From NCBI RefSeq assembly GCF_963921235.1, contig NC_086097.1:157358001-157422000 (forward strand): DNA of 64,000 bases, read 5' to 3'. The notes beneath the pieces were generated by a model that was not told the origin of the DNA, made no database searches, and saw only the letters and a list, made by a program, of their open reading frames with translations. The first letter of the stretch is position 1. Every line of letters starts with the position of its first letter. Source of the stretch: Mobula hypostoma (taxonomy: Eukaryota). A program made the translations under genes and the position numbers. Shown here one piece after another: positions 37,646 through 48,317 of this stretch.

Positions 37646-37946
37646 CTAATATGATGAGAAGCTTGTTATTTACAAGTAAGACCAAGGAACTAAGCTCCAG
37701 AATTAGAAATAAAGGGCTTCCCATTTATTTGAATTTTATCAACTAAATACATGCAAGATCCAAGATAAATGCAGAAATCTATGGAAGCATGCTGTGTGTT
37801 CATCAAATTCTGAAAAAAAAAGACTATACTTTCACTTGCATATAAAAAACACAAGAAATTCTGTCACTGCTGGAAATCCAAAGTAACATATACAAAATTC
37901 TGTAGAAACTCAACAGATCAGGCAGCACCCATGTAAGTGAACAAAC

Positions 37947-37982
37947 AGCCGATATTTCAGGCCAAGACCCTTCTTCAGGACT
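37947..37982 (-). ncRNA. Minimal type I hammerhead ribozyme motif
   Basis: AGUC-CUGAAGA-AGG(gucuugg)CCU-GAAA-UA-UC^GGCU; full core, helix I with one G-U pair, palindromic AUAU helix III. Confidence 0.7.
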
Positions 37983-38773
37983 AGAAATGACAGGTAGGTG
38001 GAGATGGCCAGATCAGCCATGGTCTTGTTGAATGACAGAGCAGGCAGATAGCCTACTCCTGCTCCTATTTCTTAAGAAAGGAAGGGGGAAGATGCCAGAA
38101 TAAAAAAGGTTTGGGGAGGAGGAGGATAGCTAGGAGGTGATAGGTGAAGCCAGGTGGGTGGGAAAGGTAAACAGCTGGAGAGGAAGGAGAGTAGAGTGAA
38201 CCACAGGAGAAAGGGAAGGAGGAGGGCACCCAGGAGGAGGTGATAGGCAGACAGGAAGAGATAAGAGAGCAGAGTGAGGAATAGATGAAGAGGAAAGGGA
38301 GAGATTTTTTTTACTGGAAGGAGAAATCAATATTCATGTCATCAGATTCGAGGCTAAAAAGATGGAATATAAGGTATTGCTCCACCACCGAGGGTGTCCT
38401 CATCTTGGCACAAGAGAAGGCCATAGACTGATATGTCGGAACGTGAAAGGGAATTGGAATTACAATGTTTCGCCACTGGGAATTTCTGCTTTTGGCAGAG
38501 CGGAGGGCCCCGATGAAGTGGTCCCCCAATTTATAACGGATCTCACCAATGTAGAGGAAGCCTCATCGGGAGTACTGGACACAATAGACATCTCTGGCAG
38601 ATTCACAAGTGAAGTGTTGCCTCAGAGATGGCCCATGCTGAGCTCATCATTTTCCTCAACTTTACCTCCAACTTCCACCCTGCCCTTATATTCACTTAGT
38701 CCATTTCTGACACCTCCCTCCCCTTTCTCGATCTCTCTGTCTCCATCTCTGGAAACAAACTGCAGAGCAGCAA

Positions 38774-39002
38774 ACAACAGGAATTCTGCAGCTGCTGGAA
38801 ATTCAAGCAACACACATCAAAGTTGCTGGTGAACGCAGCAGGCCAGGCAGCAGCCGTAGGAAGAGGTGCAGTCGACGTTTCAGGCCGAGACCCTTCGTCA
38901 GGACTAACTGAAGGAAGGTCTCGGCCTGAAACGTCGACTGCACCTCTTCCTAGAGATGCTGCCTGGCCTGCTGCGTTCACCAGCAACTTTGATGTGTGTT
39001 GC
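38774..39002. mobile_element. Young fold-back mini-element (PLE termini only) inserted into the older PLE
   Basis: 86-bp inverted arms 38807-38892 and 38917-39002 with 3 mismatches; 13-nt duplication tgcagagcagcaa / tgcacagcagcaa. Confidence 0.9.
38870..38905 (-). ncRNA. Minimal type I hammerhead ribozyme motif
   Basis: AGUC-CUGACGA-AGG(gucucgg)CCU-GAAA-CG-UC^GACU; all core nucleotides, GUC cleavage triplet, perfect helices I and II, palindromic ACGU helix III. Confidence 0.8.
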
Positions 39003-41739
39003 ACAGCAGCAACTTGTATAAGCCTACCGATTCCCACAGCTGTCTTGACAACCTCTTCCACCCTGTCTCCTGTGAAATTGCTATTCTGTTTTCTCAGTTC
39101 CTTCATCTCTGCTATATCTGTTACCAGGATGTGGCTTTCTTTTCCACAGCATCAAAGGTGTCCTTCTTCTTCAACAAACGGGTTTTCCTTCCTCCACCAC
39201 TGATGCTGCCGTCACCTGCATATCCTCCATTTCCTGAACAACCACGCTCACCCCATCCTTCCACCATCTGAACAGTTAGAGATCCTTCTGTTCTTACCTA
39301 CCACCGCATGAGCCTCTGCATCCAACACATCAATTCTCTACGACTTCCACCATCTCCAAAAGGATCCTACCACCAAACACATCTTTACCTCCCCCTCTTC
39401 ATTTTCCACATGGATCACTCCCTCCGTAACTCCCTTGTCTTCCTCTCTCATCTTCATTTATGGTCCCAAACAGTCCTTCCAGGTAAGGTAGCGGTTCACC
39501 TGCGAATCTGCTGGGGTTGTCTATGTATCTGGTTCTCCTGATGTGGCCTCCTCTACATTGGTGAGGGCTTTCGTAAATTCGGGACTGCTTCATCGAGCAG
39601 GAACTTCCAGGTGGCTAAACATTTTAATTCTGATTCCCATTCCGATATGTCGGTCCAAGGCTTTCTCGTGTCATGATGAGGCCACCGTCAGGGTGGAGGA
39701 GCAACACCTTATATTCCATCTGGATAGACTCTAACCTGATGGCATGAATATTGATTTCTCGTTCTGGTAAAACAAACTCCCCCCACCCCCCTGGTCCTCT
39801 ATTTCCCATCTGGCCTCTTACCCCTTTTACTCACCTGCAAATCACCTGGTGCCCCTCCTTCTTCCTTTACACCCAGGTTCCACTTTCCTCTCCCCTCAGT
39901 TTCCTTCCTCAGCCCTTTACTTTTGTTACCTGTCTGGCTCCAGCTATCACCTTCTAGCTATCCTCCTCCTCCTCCCCCCACCTTTTTATTCCTTTCCAGT
40001 CCTGATGAAGGGTCTCTGCCTAAATTGTCAACTGTGTGTTCATTTCCATAGATGCTGCCTGATCTGCTGAGTTCCTCCAGCATTTTGTGCGTGTTGCATT
40101 AAAATTGAATGCTATCTTTCTTTTTCAAGTTGTGTGAGAATATGCTTGTGGTGTCAGTTCCTGAACTGGGTAAACAGAAATAATCACACTTTCCTCAGAG
40201 CATAATGGTTGCAGTGTGATCATGACTACATAATTACCTCCCAGCTGAGAGATGGAAGTGGGGTCAGTGCAACACAATCGTTTGGACAGAAGGTTTATTG
40301 GACGACCATAAAGAAAAGACTAAGGAAAATTGGGAGCATTGTAGTTGTGACCTCACTTACACATAAAATTCTTCAGTCTTTTAAGCCATATAATTGGTTT
40401 GCACATAGAATACATTCACATTTGACAGCGCACATAAATGGAACTTTAGGCTGCCATTACTGAAATCTCCCCAGGGGACGACTTGATGGGACCATAAAGA
40501 ATAAATCCTAATGGTGTTTGTTCACTTTACAATCTTAGTGCATCTGTTTCTGCACACTTCCTGATAGCAGTCATAATGTGAAATAGTCACTATGTTAAAA
40601 AGGCTGTATTTTTTGGTGCTTAGAAGAATGAACAGTGATCTTACTAAGACACGCAAGTTCCCAAAAGGACACGTCAAGGTGGATGTTGGGGCATTTCACT
40701 GGAGGTGTTTAAAGAGCCATTTCCTTTTGGTAGATGGAGGGGGAGATAGGAACGGAGATCAGAGTTATAGGAGACCAGCACACAGAGGAGTTGAAGCCTG
40801 GAGTGTATCAGTCACGGTTAAATTAAATGATAGGGCAGGCTTGAAGGGCCAAGTGACCATTCCTGCTCCAATTTTCTTGTGTTCTTCTGCTAACTTAGAA
40901 ACAGCCATCAATAAATTTTATGATTTACTGTCGTTTGTCTAGTTATTATAAGTCTTATATGGCTCTTCTGATTTAATGCAAATTTATGGAAAAACTCACT
41001 TAAAACGCAATTAGCTCCCTATATAATTCATACTACAACCTTCGGTATTCCTTAGTATTATGCAGTTTAATGGGTGAAAGCAGCCAGTCATTGTAAAATA
41101 ATATAATCTGCGAGGTTAGCACATTTTAAAAGAACTTCATTTAATTATCTTAGTAGGTTAGAAAATAGTTTTAAGAAACTTTTCTCAGCAGACTTGCTTT
41201 TGTGCAACTTACAAAGCAAGGAGAAGTGATAGAGGAGAGCTTTACGCCTGAGTGGTCTCAAAAGCTACATGTCGATCACAAATGGGGTCCCATGACAATT
41301 TTATATTCAGCCTAACTCTCTATCATGGCCTCTGTCAAATGCATCTTTCCAGACACGCTATTTTCCCTCCATTTATTTCTTGGCACACAAACTGGACTGC
41401 TGTAAGATGTTGGGTTTTGGGGCTCTCTTTGAAAATTCTTAATTACTAGGCCATTCAACTGAGCACACTGCCAGAGGCATCCTGAAAACAGTAAACTGTT
41501 AAGAAGTCAGTTAGTAAAAACATCACACTTACATTGAGACTGGCTTTATCACTTCCTGCTGATGAAACACTCCATCGTTTCACAGCCTATTAACAAAAAA
41601 AAAATTTAAAAACTAATAAGTACAGAACAGCATTAATAAGGGCCAGTACTACAATACTGCATAATATGCATTACAAATACCTGCTGAAAGTGTAGTAACA
41701 ATATTTATTTATTTATTTATTTATTTATATTTATATCTA

Positions 41740-41995
41740 TATTTATTGAGATACAGTGCAGAACAGGTCCTTCTGGCTCTACAAGCCACACTGCCCAGCA
41801 ACCTTTAAGTCTAATCACAGGCCAATTAACTTACCAACCAGTACTTATTTGGACAGTGGGAGAAAACCTGGGCACCTGGAGAAAATTCACATGGCCAAGG
41901 GGAGAACATACAGACTCCTTACAGGCAGTGGCAAGAATTGAACCTGGGTTGCTGGTACTGTAAAGAGTTGTGCTAACCACTATGCTACTGTGTCG
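41740..41995 (-). mobile_element. tRNA-derived SINE (HE1-like) with adjacent (TTTA)n
   Basis: Reverse complement head has A box tagcatagtgg and B box ggttcaattc; CR1-like 3' tail. Confidence 0.8.
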
Positions 41996-42631
41996 TTCCA
42001 CTACAGAAGCTCAAACACTAGCCAATATGGAGATGCTGATGAGCTAAATGTTGGGGATTGTCAGCATTATGACAAAATAATTTTATAGTAAATACAATTC
42101 AAACATTACACTTATTCAAACGTGATTCTGTACCTGACAGGACTCAAAGGGGAGAATGTTTCTCCTGGCTGGAAGGAATCTAGAACCATGCGTCAATATC
42201 TAGGAATAGTGGATTAACTACCTAGGACTGAGATAAGGCGAAACTTTTCTATCAAAGAAGTTTGAAATCTAATATGTCGTATATATTTAAGAAGATGAAT
42301 AGAACTCTGGACACGAAATTTATCATTGAACATAAATGTAGCATGGAGTTAGAGGATCAGGCAAGATTATAATGTATGGTAGAACAGACTTGAAGGGCTG
42401 AGTGGTCTATTCCAACTGTTTTTTCATGCATCCATTTGTTTTGATCTAAATAATAATGTCTTTCTATGAGAAGTATTGCTAATACTTTGAAATTAACTTT
42501 GTATTGCTTGGATTGGACTAGTCAGAAGATAAATTAACATGAACAATAGCTTGGTGTTAAATCCTTTGGTGGTGTAATAATTGTCATAAATATTGTGATA
42601 TATCTTCAGATATATATCATATCTTGACCCA

Positions 42632-42955
42632 TATGAACATAAGAAATAGGAACAGGATTAGGTCATATGGCTCGTAGAGCCTGTTCCGCCATTCAAGAAG
42701 ATCATGGCTGATCTGGCCATGGACTCATCCTGCACCTACCTGCCTTTTCCCCTTAATCTTTACTTCCCCTACAATGCAAAAATCTATCCAACTTTGTCTT
42801 AAATATATTTACTGAGGCAGTCTCCACTGCTTTATTGGGCAGAGAATTCCACAGATTCACCACTCTCTGGGAAAAGCAGTTCCTCCTCATCTCCATCCTA
42901 AATCGACTCCCTTGAACCTTGATACTCTGTCCCATAGTTCTAGTCTCACCTAGCT
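42632..42955 (-). mobile_element. CR1 3' fragment
   Basis: RFRMEMRRNCFSQRVVNLWNSLP plus CR1 3' UTR. Confidence 0.9.
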
Positions 42956-42964
42956 CTAGATCCA

Positions 42965-43330
42965 ACATCGAAGGTTGTGGATTCAAGCCCCGTTCTGGTG
43001 ATCAGAGCACAATCATCTCATTTCATATTTCAATTCCTATGCAGTAGAAACACAGTTACACTCGAAAATCTAAATGTTAATCTGAGCATATGCCTCGCCT
43101 TTCCATGAATATAAAGAAGGTCCATTTGGATTCTTCTGAAGAATATGGGATTTAGTTCAACAACTTAGCTCGTACTTAACCTTCAATCAATATAACTAGA
43201 ACTTATTGGCCTACCCATTATTGCATTGATATTTACGGGGGCTTCTAGTGCAGATAGAGGCTACAACAATGACTGCAAAGCCCTTTGTACGTTGTGAGAT
43301 TGTGAAGGACACTGAATAAATGCAAGTCAG
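42965..43330 (+). mobile_element. Ancient DeuSINE-like (SacSINE1/AmnSINE1-type) remnant
   Basis: gaaggttgtggattcaagcccc B-box head, degraded central domain and ...gtgaaggacactgaataaatgcaagt tail; family call made from memory of the consensus. Confidence 0.5.
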
Positions 43331-45353
43331 TCAGTCAGTGCATCATGACAACACTGTACAATTTTACTGCCTTCAGATTTTTTTTTCCATTTTCCACGAT
43401 CTACAATTAAAATGGAAAAGACAAAATGGGTAAAATGATTACAAATAAATTTAAATTGACACTGCTAACACTGGCCAACATTAATTGGTATTTTCAGAGG
43501 GAACTTAGGTGCCAAAATTACAAGGCTTGATACTGCAATGAGAGTGCTGGCTTTGGTACTCTAATGCAAAATTTGGACAACTGCATGGAGAGGAAAGATT
43601 TAGAGGCAAATGGAAGTAGTTTAGATGGGCTTCTTGAAATGGACAGATTGGGCCAAAAGGCTTTTTCCATGTCATATGATTCGGTGACTCTAATTATAAT
43701 AAAGGGGATGTTCATAATTTCTATTTATTACATTAAATGTGTTAAATTTAACTGAATATATATTATATATTCTATGTGTTTGCTTTTTTTTGTTGACATT
43801 TGTGCAACTTGTTCTTTTTTATGCATTGGGGGGGGTTGATGTTTTTCATATTTTTCTTTGAATGTATTCCATGGTTTTCTTTGTTTCGTGGCTGCCGGTG
43901 GGGAAGATGAATCTCAGGGTTATACACACTTTGATAGTAAATGTATATTGAATCTTTGAAATTGTAATAGTTATTAATTCTTTGGTCCAAGCATGAAGAG
44001 CAACTTAAATTCAGAGGTGAGCTGACAGGCAGCAGCAACCAATGTAAAACAATGACCATTAATGGCATCAAGCAGCTTTAGCAAAACCTAAATCAATGTG
44101 GATCTGGACAAAACCCTTGTATATACAAAGCCATGTCTAACATAAAGGTTTTGCTTGCCACAGATTATCACCTCAGCGTTGTGCCCAAGGCTAACTGATG
44201 ATAAGTGACTTCCCCTCCACTATGAGGTCAAAAATCTGAATGTTCAAAGATGTTGATGAATGCCATTGTATTTTAGATCTACAGAAGGGAGCTCTAGTTG
44301 GGGATGATAGCAAATATTTGTAAATCTGAGGATGACTCAAAACTTGCCACTGCCAAGAACTGCAAAGCAGATAGTGTTAAATAAATGAAAATGGGATATT
44401 AACAAGCTGGTGGAATGTAACACATAGAAGATGGAATTTAAAGCAGAGGTTTGTGTGGTGATGTATTGTATTTTGGTAGAAAAATGAGGAGAGATAATAC
44501 AGCATATTGTTCTAAAAGGGGTGAAGGAGTAAAGAACCTCAAAGGAAATGGGCAGAAATCAGGACCAAAAACAGAAAATCGATGGCACAAAACATGTCAG
44601 AGGGTATGGCAGACAAGGCATGAAACCCCTTCATGTTTCTGCACAAGTGCTGCTCCAACAACATTCAGAAAGCTTAGTATCAGTCAGGAATAATCAGTTG
44701 GTTACATGCTAGCCCATCCATCAAGAGGTTCCCTTCGAATGTAAGTAACTTGTTTCCACTCCAGTTCCATGTGTGACTGTTTTCCATGTGGGGAGGCTGT
44801 TACACACCAGCTAACAACTGGCCTTTATAGAGTGTGGTCTTGACCAAATGGCAAGGATATCCAACAAAAATGTGGGCCAGCAACTCCATCTCTCTTCTTT
44901 CCCTCTTCCTATCCATCTTAATTTCCCTTCCTAAGATCTTTATCAATAGCCTTGACATTTCTGGACTAGAACATAGAAACAGGCCTTCCAGCCCACAAGG
45001 TTGTGCCGAACTAATGAGACTGGTAATCACAATTCCCAATAAAACTAATCTTTTCTACCTACACAATGTCTATATCTTCCATTTCCTGCACATTCATGTG
45101 CCTATCCAAGAGCCTCTTGAACACCTCTATTATATTTGCCTCCACAATCACCCCAGACAGAGCGTTTCAGGTATCCATTACTCTGTAAAATAACTTCCAC
45201 AACGCATTCACTTTGAATTTACCTCTCACCTTAAATGCATGCCCTCTGGATTTAGACATCCCAACCCTGAAGTAAAGATACTAATGTATACTCTATCTAT
45301 GCCTTTCAAAATCTTAAAAACCTCTATCAGATTTCTCCTCAGCTTCCAATACT

Positions 45354-46007
45354 TTTAAAAAATTTATTGAGACACTTGCAGAGTAGGCCCTTCTAGCCCT
45401 TCAAGCCTCGCTGCACAGCAACCCCCAATTTAACCCTAGCCTAATTACGGCCAGCTACATCGTGGTTGACACTCAGCTGGAAGGCCGAAGAAGCGCTATA
45501 AGGATCAGATGAAGAATGTTTCAAGGAAGAGCAAGATCAGACCCAAGGACCTGGAGGAGGTTGCTGCTGACCGTACCACTTGGCGACAACTCTGTAGGGA
45601 CGGGGTTCGTATTCTGAGATGGAAAGAACAACCAGAAGACAGGAGAAGAGAGCCAGGAGAAATGCAGCCATGGTTGCCACCACTACTACATATGCATGTC
45701 CCACCTGCAATAGCGCTTGTGGGTCCAGGATAGGACAGCATAGTCCTTCAAAGATCTCACCGTTAAAGCAGTGGACGTCATCATCAGATTTCGATGGACA
45801 ACCGAAGAAGAGAAGAATTATGGAACAATTCACAATGAGCCAATAACCTACGAATCAGTACCTCTTTGGATTGTGGGAGGAAACCAGAGGACCAGGAGGA
45901 AACCCATGTGGTCATAGGAAAACATACAAACTCCTTACAGACAGCAGGAGGAATTGAACCCAGGTTGCTGGTACTGTAAAGCATTATGCTAACTACCATG
46001 CCACCAT
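45354..46007 (-). mobile_element. tRNA-derived SINE (same family as 41740-41995), split by an RTE fragment
   Basis: A and B boxes at ~45950-46003; TSD aatact at 45348-45353 and 46008-46013. Confidence 0.82.
45451..45815 (+). mobile_element. RTE-clade LINE 3' fragment
   Basis: GRPKKRYKDQMK...LEEVAADRTTWRQL and a C-terminal YACPTCNSACGSRIG..SH-like zinc finger; GAA-rich tail; TSD aattacgg / aattatgg. Confidence 0.78.
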
Positions 46008-46465
46008 AATACTCCAAAGAAAACAAGTAAAACAATACAAGTTTGTCCAACATTTCCAGATAGCCCATGCCCTCTAATCCTGCCAGCATCCTGGTAAACC
46101 TCTTCAGTGCCCTCTCCAAAGCTTCCATATCCTTCCTATGATAAGGCAACCAGAAATGCATGCAATACTCTAGATGCAGCTTAACCTGAGTTTTGTAAAG
46201 CTGCAAAATTTCTCTCTGACTCTTGAACTCAGTCCCTCGACTAATAAAGGCAAGCATACCATAGGCTTCCTTAACATCTTATTGACTCGTGGAGCCACTT
46301 TCATGGATACTGACCCCAATATCCCTTTGCACATCAGCACTGTTAAAAGTCTTGCTGTTAACAAATACTGTCCATTTACATTTGATCTTCCAAAGTGAAA
46401 TACTTCATATTTGGCCTGAAAACTCCAACTGCCATTTCTCTGCCCATAGAAGGGGTACCTTCATC

Positions 46466-47670
46466 GTTGATGAAGGAAGAGCAGTAGATGTAGTGTATAT
46501 GGATCTCAGCAAAGCATTTGATAAGGTACCTCATGCAAGGCTTATTGAGAAAGTAAGGAGGCATGGGATCCAAGGGGACATTGCTTTGTGGATCCAGAAC
46601 TGGCTTGCCCACAGAAGGCAAAGAGTGGTTATAGACGGGTCATATTCTGCATGGAGGTCAGTGACCAATAGTGTGCCTCAAGGATCTGTTCTGGGACCCT
46701 TACTCTTCATGATTTTTATAAATGACTTGGAAGTGGAAGTGGAGGGATAGGTTAGTAAGTTTGCTGATGACACAAAGGTTGGGGGGTGTTGTGGATAGTG
46801 TGGAGGGCTGTCAGAGGTTACAGTGGGACATTGATAGGATGCAAAACTGGGCAAAGAAGTGGCAGATGGAGTTCAACCCAGATAAGTGTGAAGTGGTTCA
46901 TTTTGGTAGGTCAAATATGATGGCAGAATACAGTATTAGTGGTAAGACTCTTGGCAGTGTGGAGGATCAGAGGGATCTTGGGGTCTGAGTCCAGAGGATA
47001 CTCAAAGCAGCTGCGCAGGTTAACTCTGTGGGTAAGAAGGCATACGGTGCATTGGCCTTCAACAATCGTGGAATTGAATTCAGGAGCCGAGAGGTAATGT
47101 TGCAGCTATATAGGACCCTGGTCAGACCCCACTTGGAGTACTGTACTCAGTTCTGGTCACCTCACACAGGAAGGATGTGGAAGCCATAGAAGGGGTGCAG
47201 AGGAAATTTACAAGGATGTTGCCTGGATTGGGGAGCATGCCTTATGAAAACAGGTTGAGTGAACTTGGCCTTTTCTCCTTGGAGCGACAGAGGATGAGAG
47301 GTGATCTGATAGAGGTGTATAAGATGATGAGAGGCATTGATCGCGTGGATAGTCAGAGGCTTTTTCCCAGGGCTGAAATGGCTGCCACAAGAAGGCATAG
47401 GTTTAAGGTGCCTGGGAGTAGGTACAGAGGAGATGTCAGGGGTAAGTTTTTTTACACAGAGAGTGGTGGGTGCTTGGAATGGGCTGCTGGCAACAGTGGT
47501 TGAGGCAGATACGATAGGGTCCTTTAAGAGACTTTTGGATAGGTACGTGGAGCTTAGAAAAATAAAGGGTTATGGATAACACTAGGTAATTTCTAAGGTA
47601 GGGACATGTTCGGCACAAATTTGTGGGCCAAAGGGCCTGTATTGTACTGTATGTTTTCTATGTTTCTATA
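46466..47670 (+). mobile_element. CR1 subfamily 2, 5'-truncated
   Basis: DEGRAVDVVYMDLSKAFDKVPH to the tttctatgtttcta tail; 10-nt TSD taccttcatc at 46456-46465 and 47673-47682. Confidence 0.95.
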
Positions 47671-48317
47671 CTTACCTTCATCAGTCAACTACTTGCAAAA
47701 CTCAATCAGTTAATGAAACATGACTTGTTCTGCACAAAGTAATGTTGACTGTCTGTAATTATGCCATGGTTTGCCAAATGTTCATAAATCTTATCCCAAA
47801 GAATCTCCACCAGTAACTTAGTTGTTCCAGACCTCAGCAATCTCATCTCTTGCCTATCTCAATAACTTGGTGTACACCCAACTAGTCCGGAGGACTGAAT
47901 TACCACAAATTTTCTTTAAGGGGCCCATTACTACCTTACATTTTATCTTGAAATGCCCCAACAAGTTAGCACACTACTTACTATTCACAAACACGTTCTC
48001 GTATTTTGTAAATACAGAAGTAAAGCACTCATTAAGACCTCATCCACATCTTCTGGCTACAAACACGAAATCCCTCCTTTATCCCTGATTGGTCCTATGC
48101 GATCTGCCGTTATGCTCTTGCTCTTCAGGTATGCACAGAATGCCTTGGGATTCATTTTAATCCTAATGGCCAAGGACTCTTCAGGGCCACTCATGGCTTT
48201 CCTATTTCCCTCCTTGAGTTCTTTTCTGGTTTCTTTATATTCCTGAAGGTTTTAGCTTCCTAAACCTACTTCCCTTGACATCTAAGGTTTGCTGACCTTG
48301 TTATCCTTGTCCTTCTT

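Larger units (their letters stand above)
37848..40097. mobile_element. Penelope-like retroelement, truncated, with inverted arrangement (minus arm ~37848-38620, plus arm ~38640-40097)
   Basis: RT C-terminal text SISDTSLPFLDLSVSISG..YKPTDSHS; GIY-YIG region GPKQSFQVR.RFTCESAGVVY...CGLLYIGE; pyrimidine-rich 3' region; hammerhead-type cores in both termini; possible TSD ttgcatataaaa / ttgcattaaaa. Confidence 0.9.

Noticed and set aside
37467..37724. 85-aa minus-strand ORF in the track
   Set aside because: Wrong-frame overlap of the real ADGRB1 last exon, starting in the intron.
38908..38939. Plus-strand hammerhead in the right arm
   Set aside because: Core reads CUGAAGG rather than CUGANGA and lacks the helix I partner; copies at 5265-5300, 39998-40033 and 52967-53001 also have core mutations.
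38696..39203. Two opposing ORFs with near-identical peptides
   Set aside because: Artefact of the fold-back palindrome.
41925..41995. tRNA gene
   Set aside because: A and B boxes belong to a SINE head with body and tail; no complete cloverleaf.
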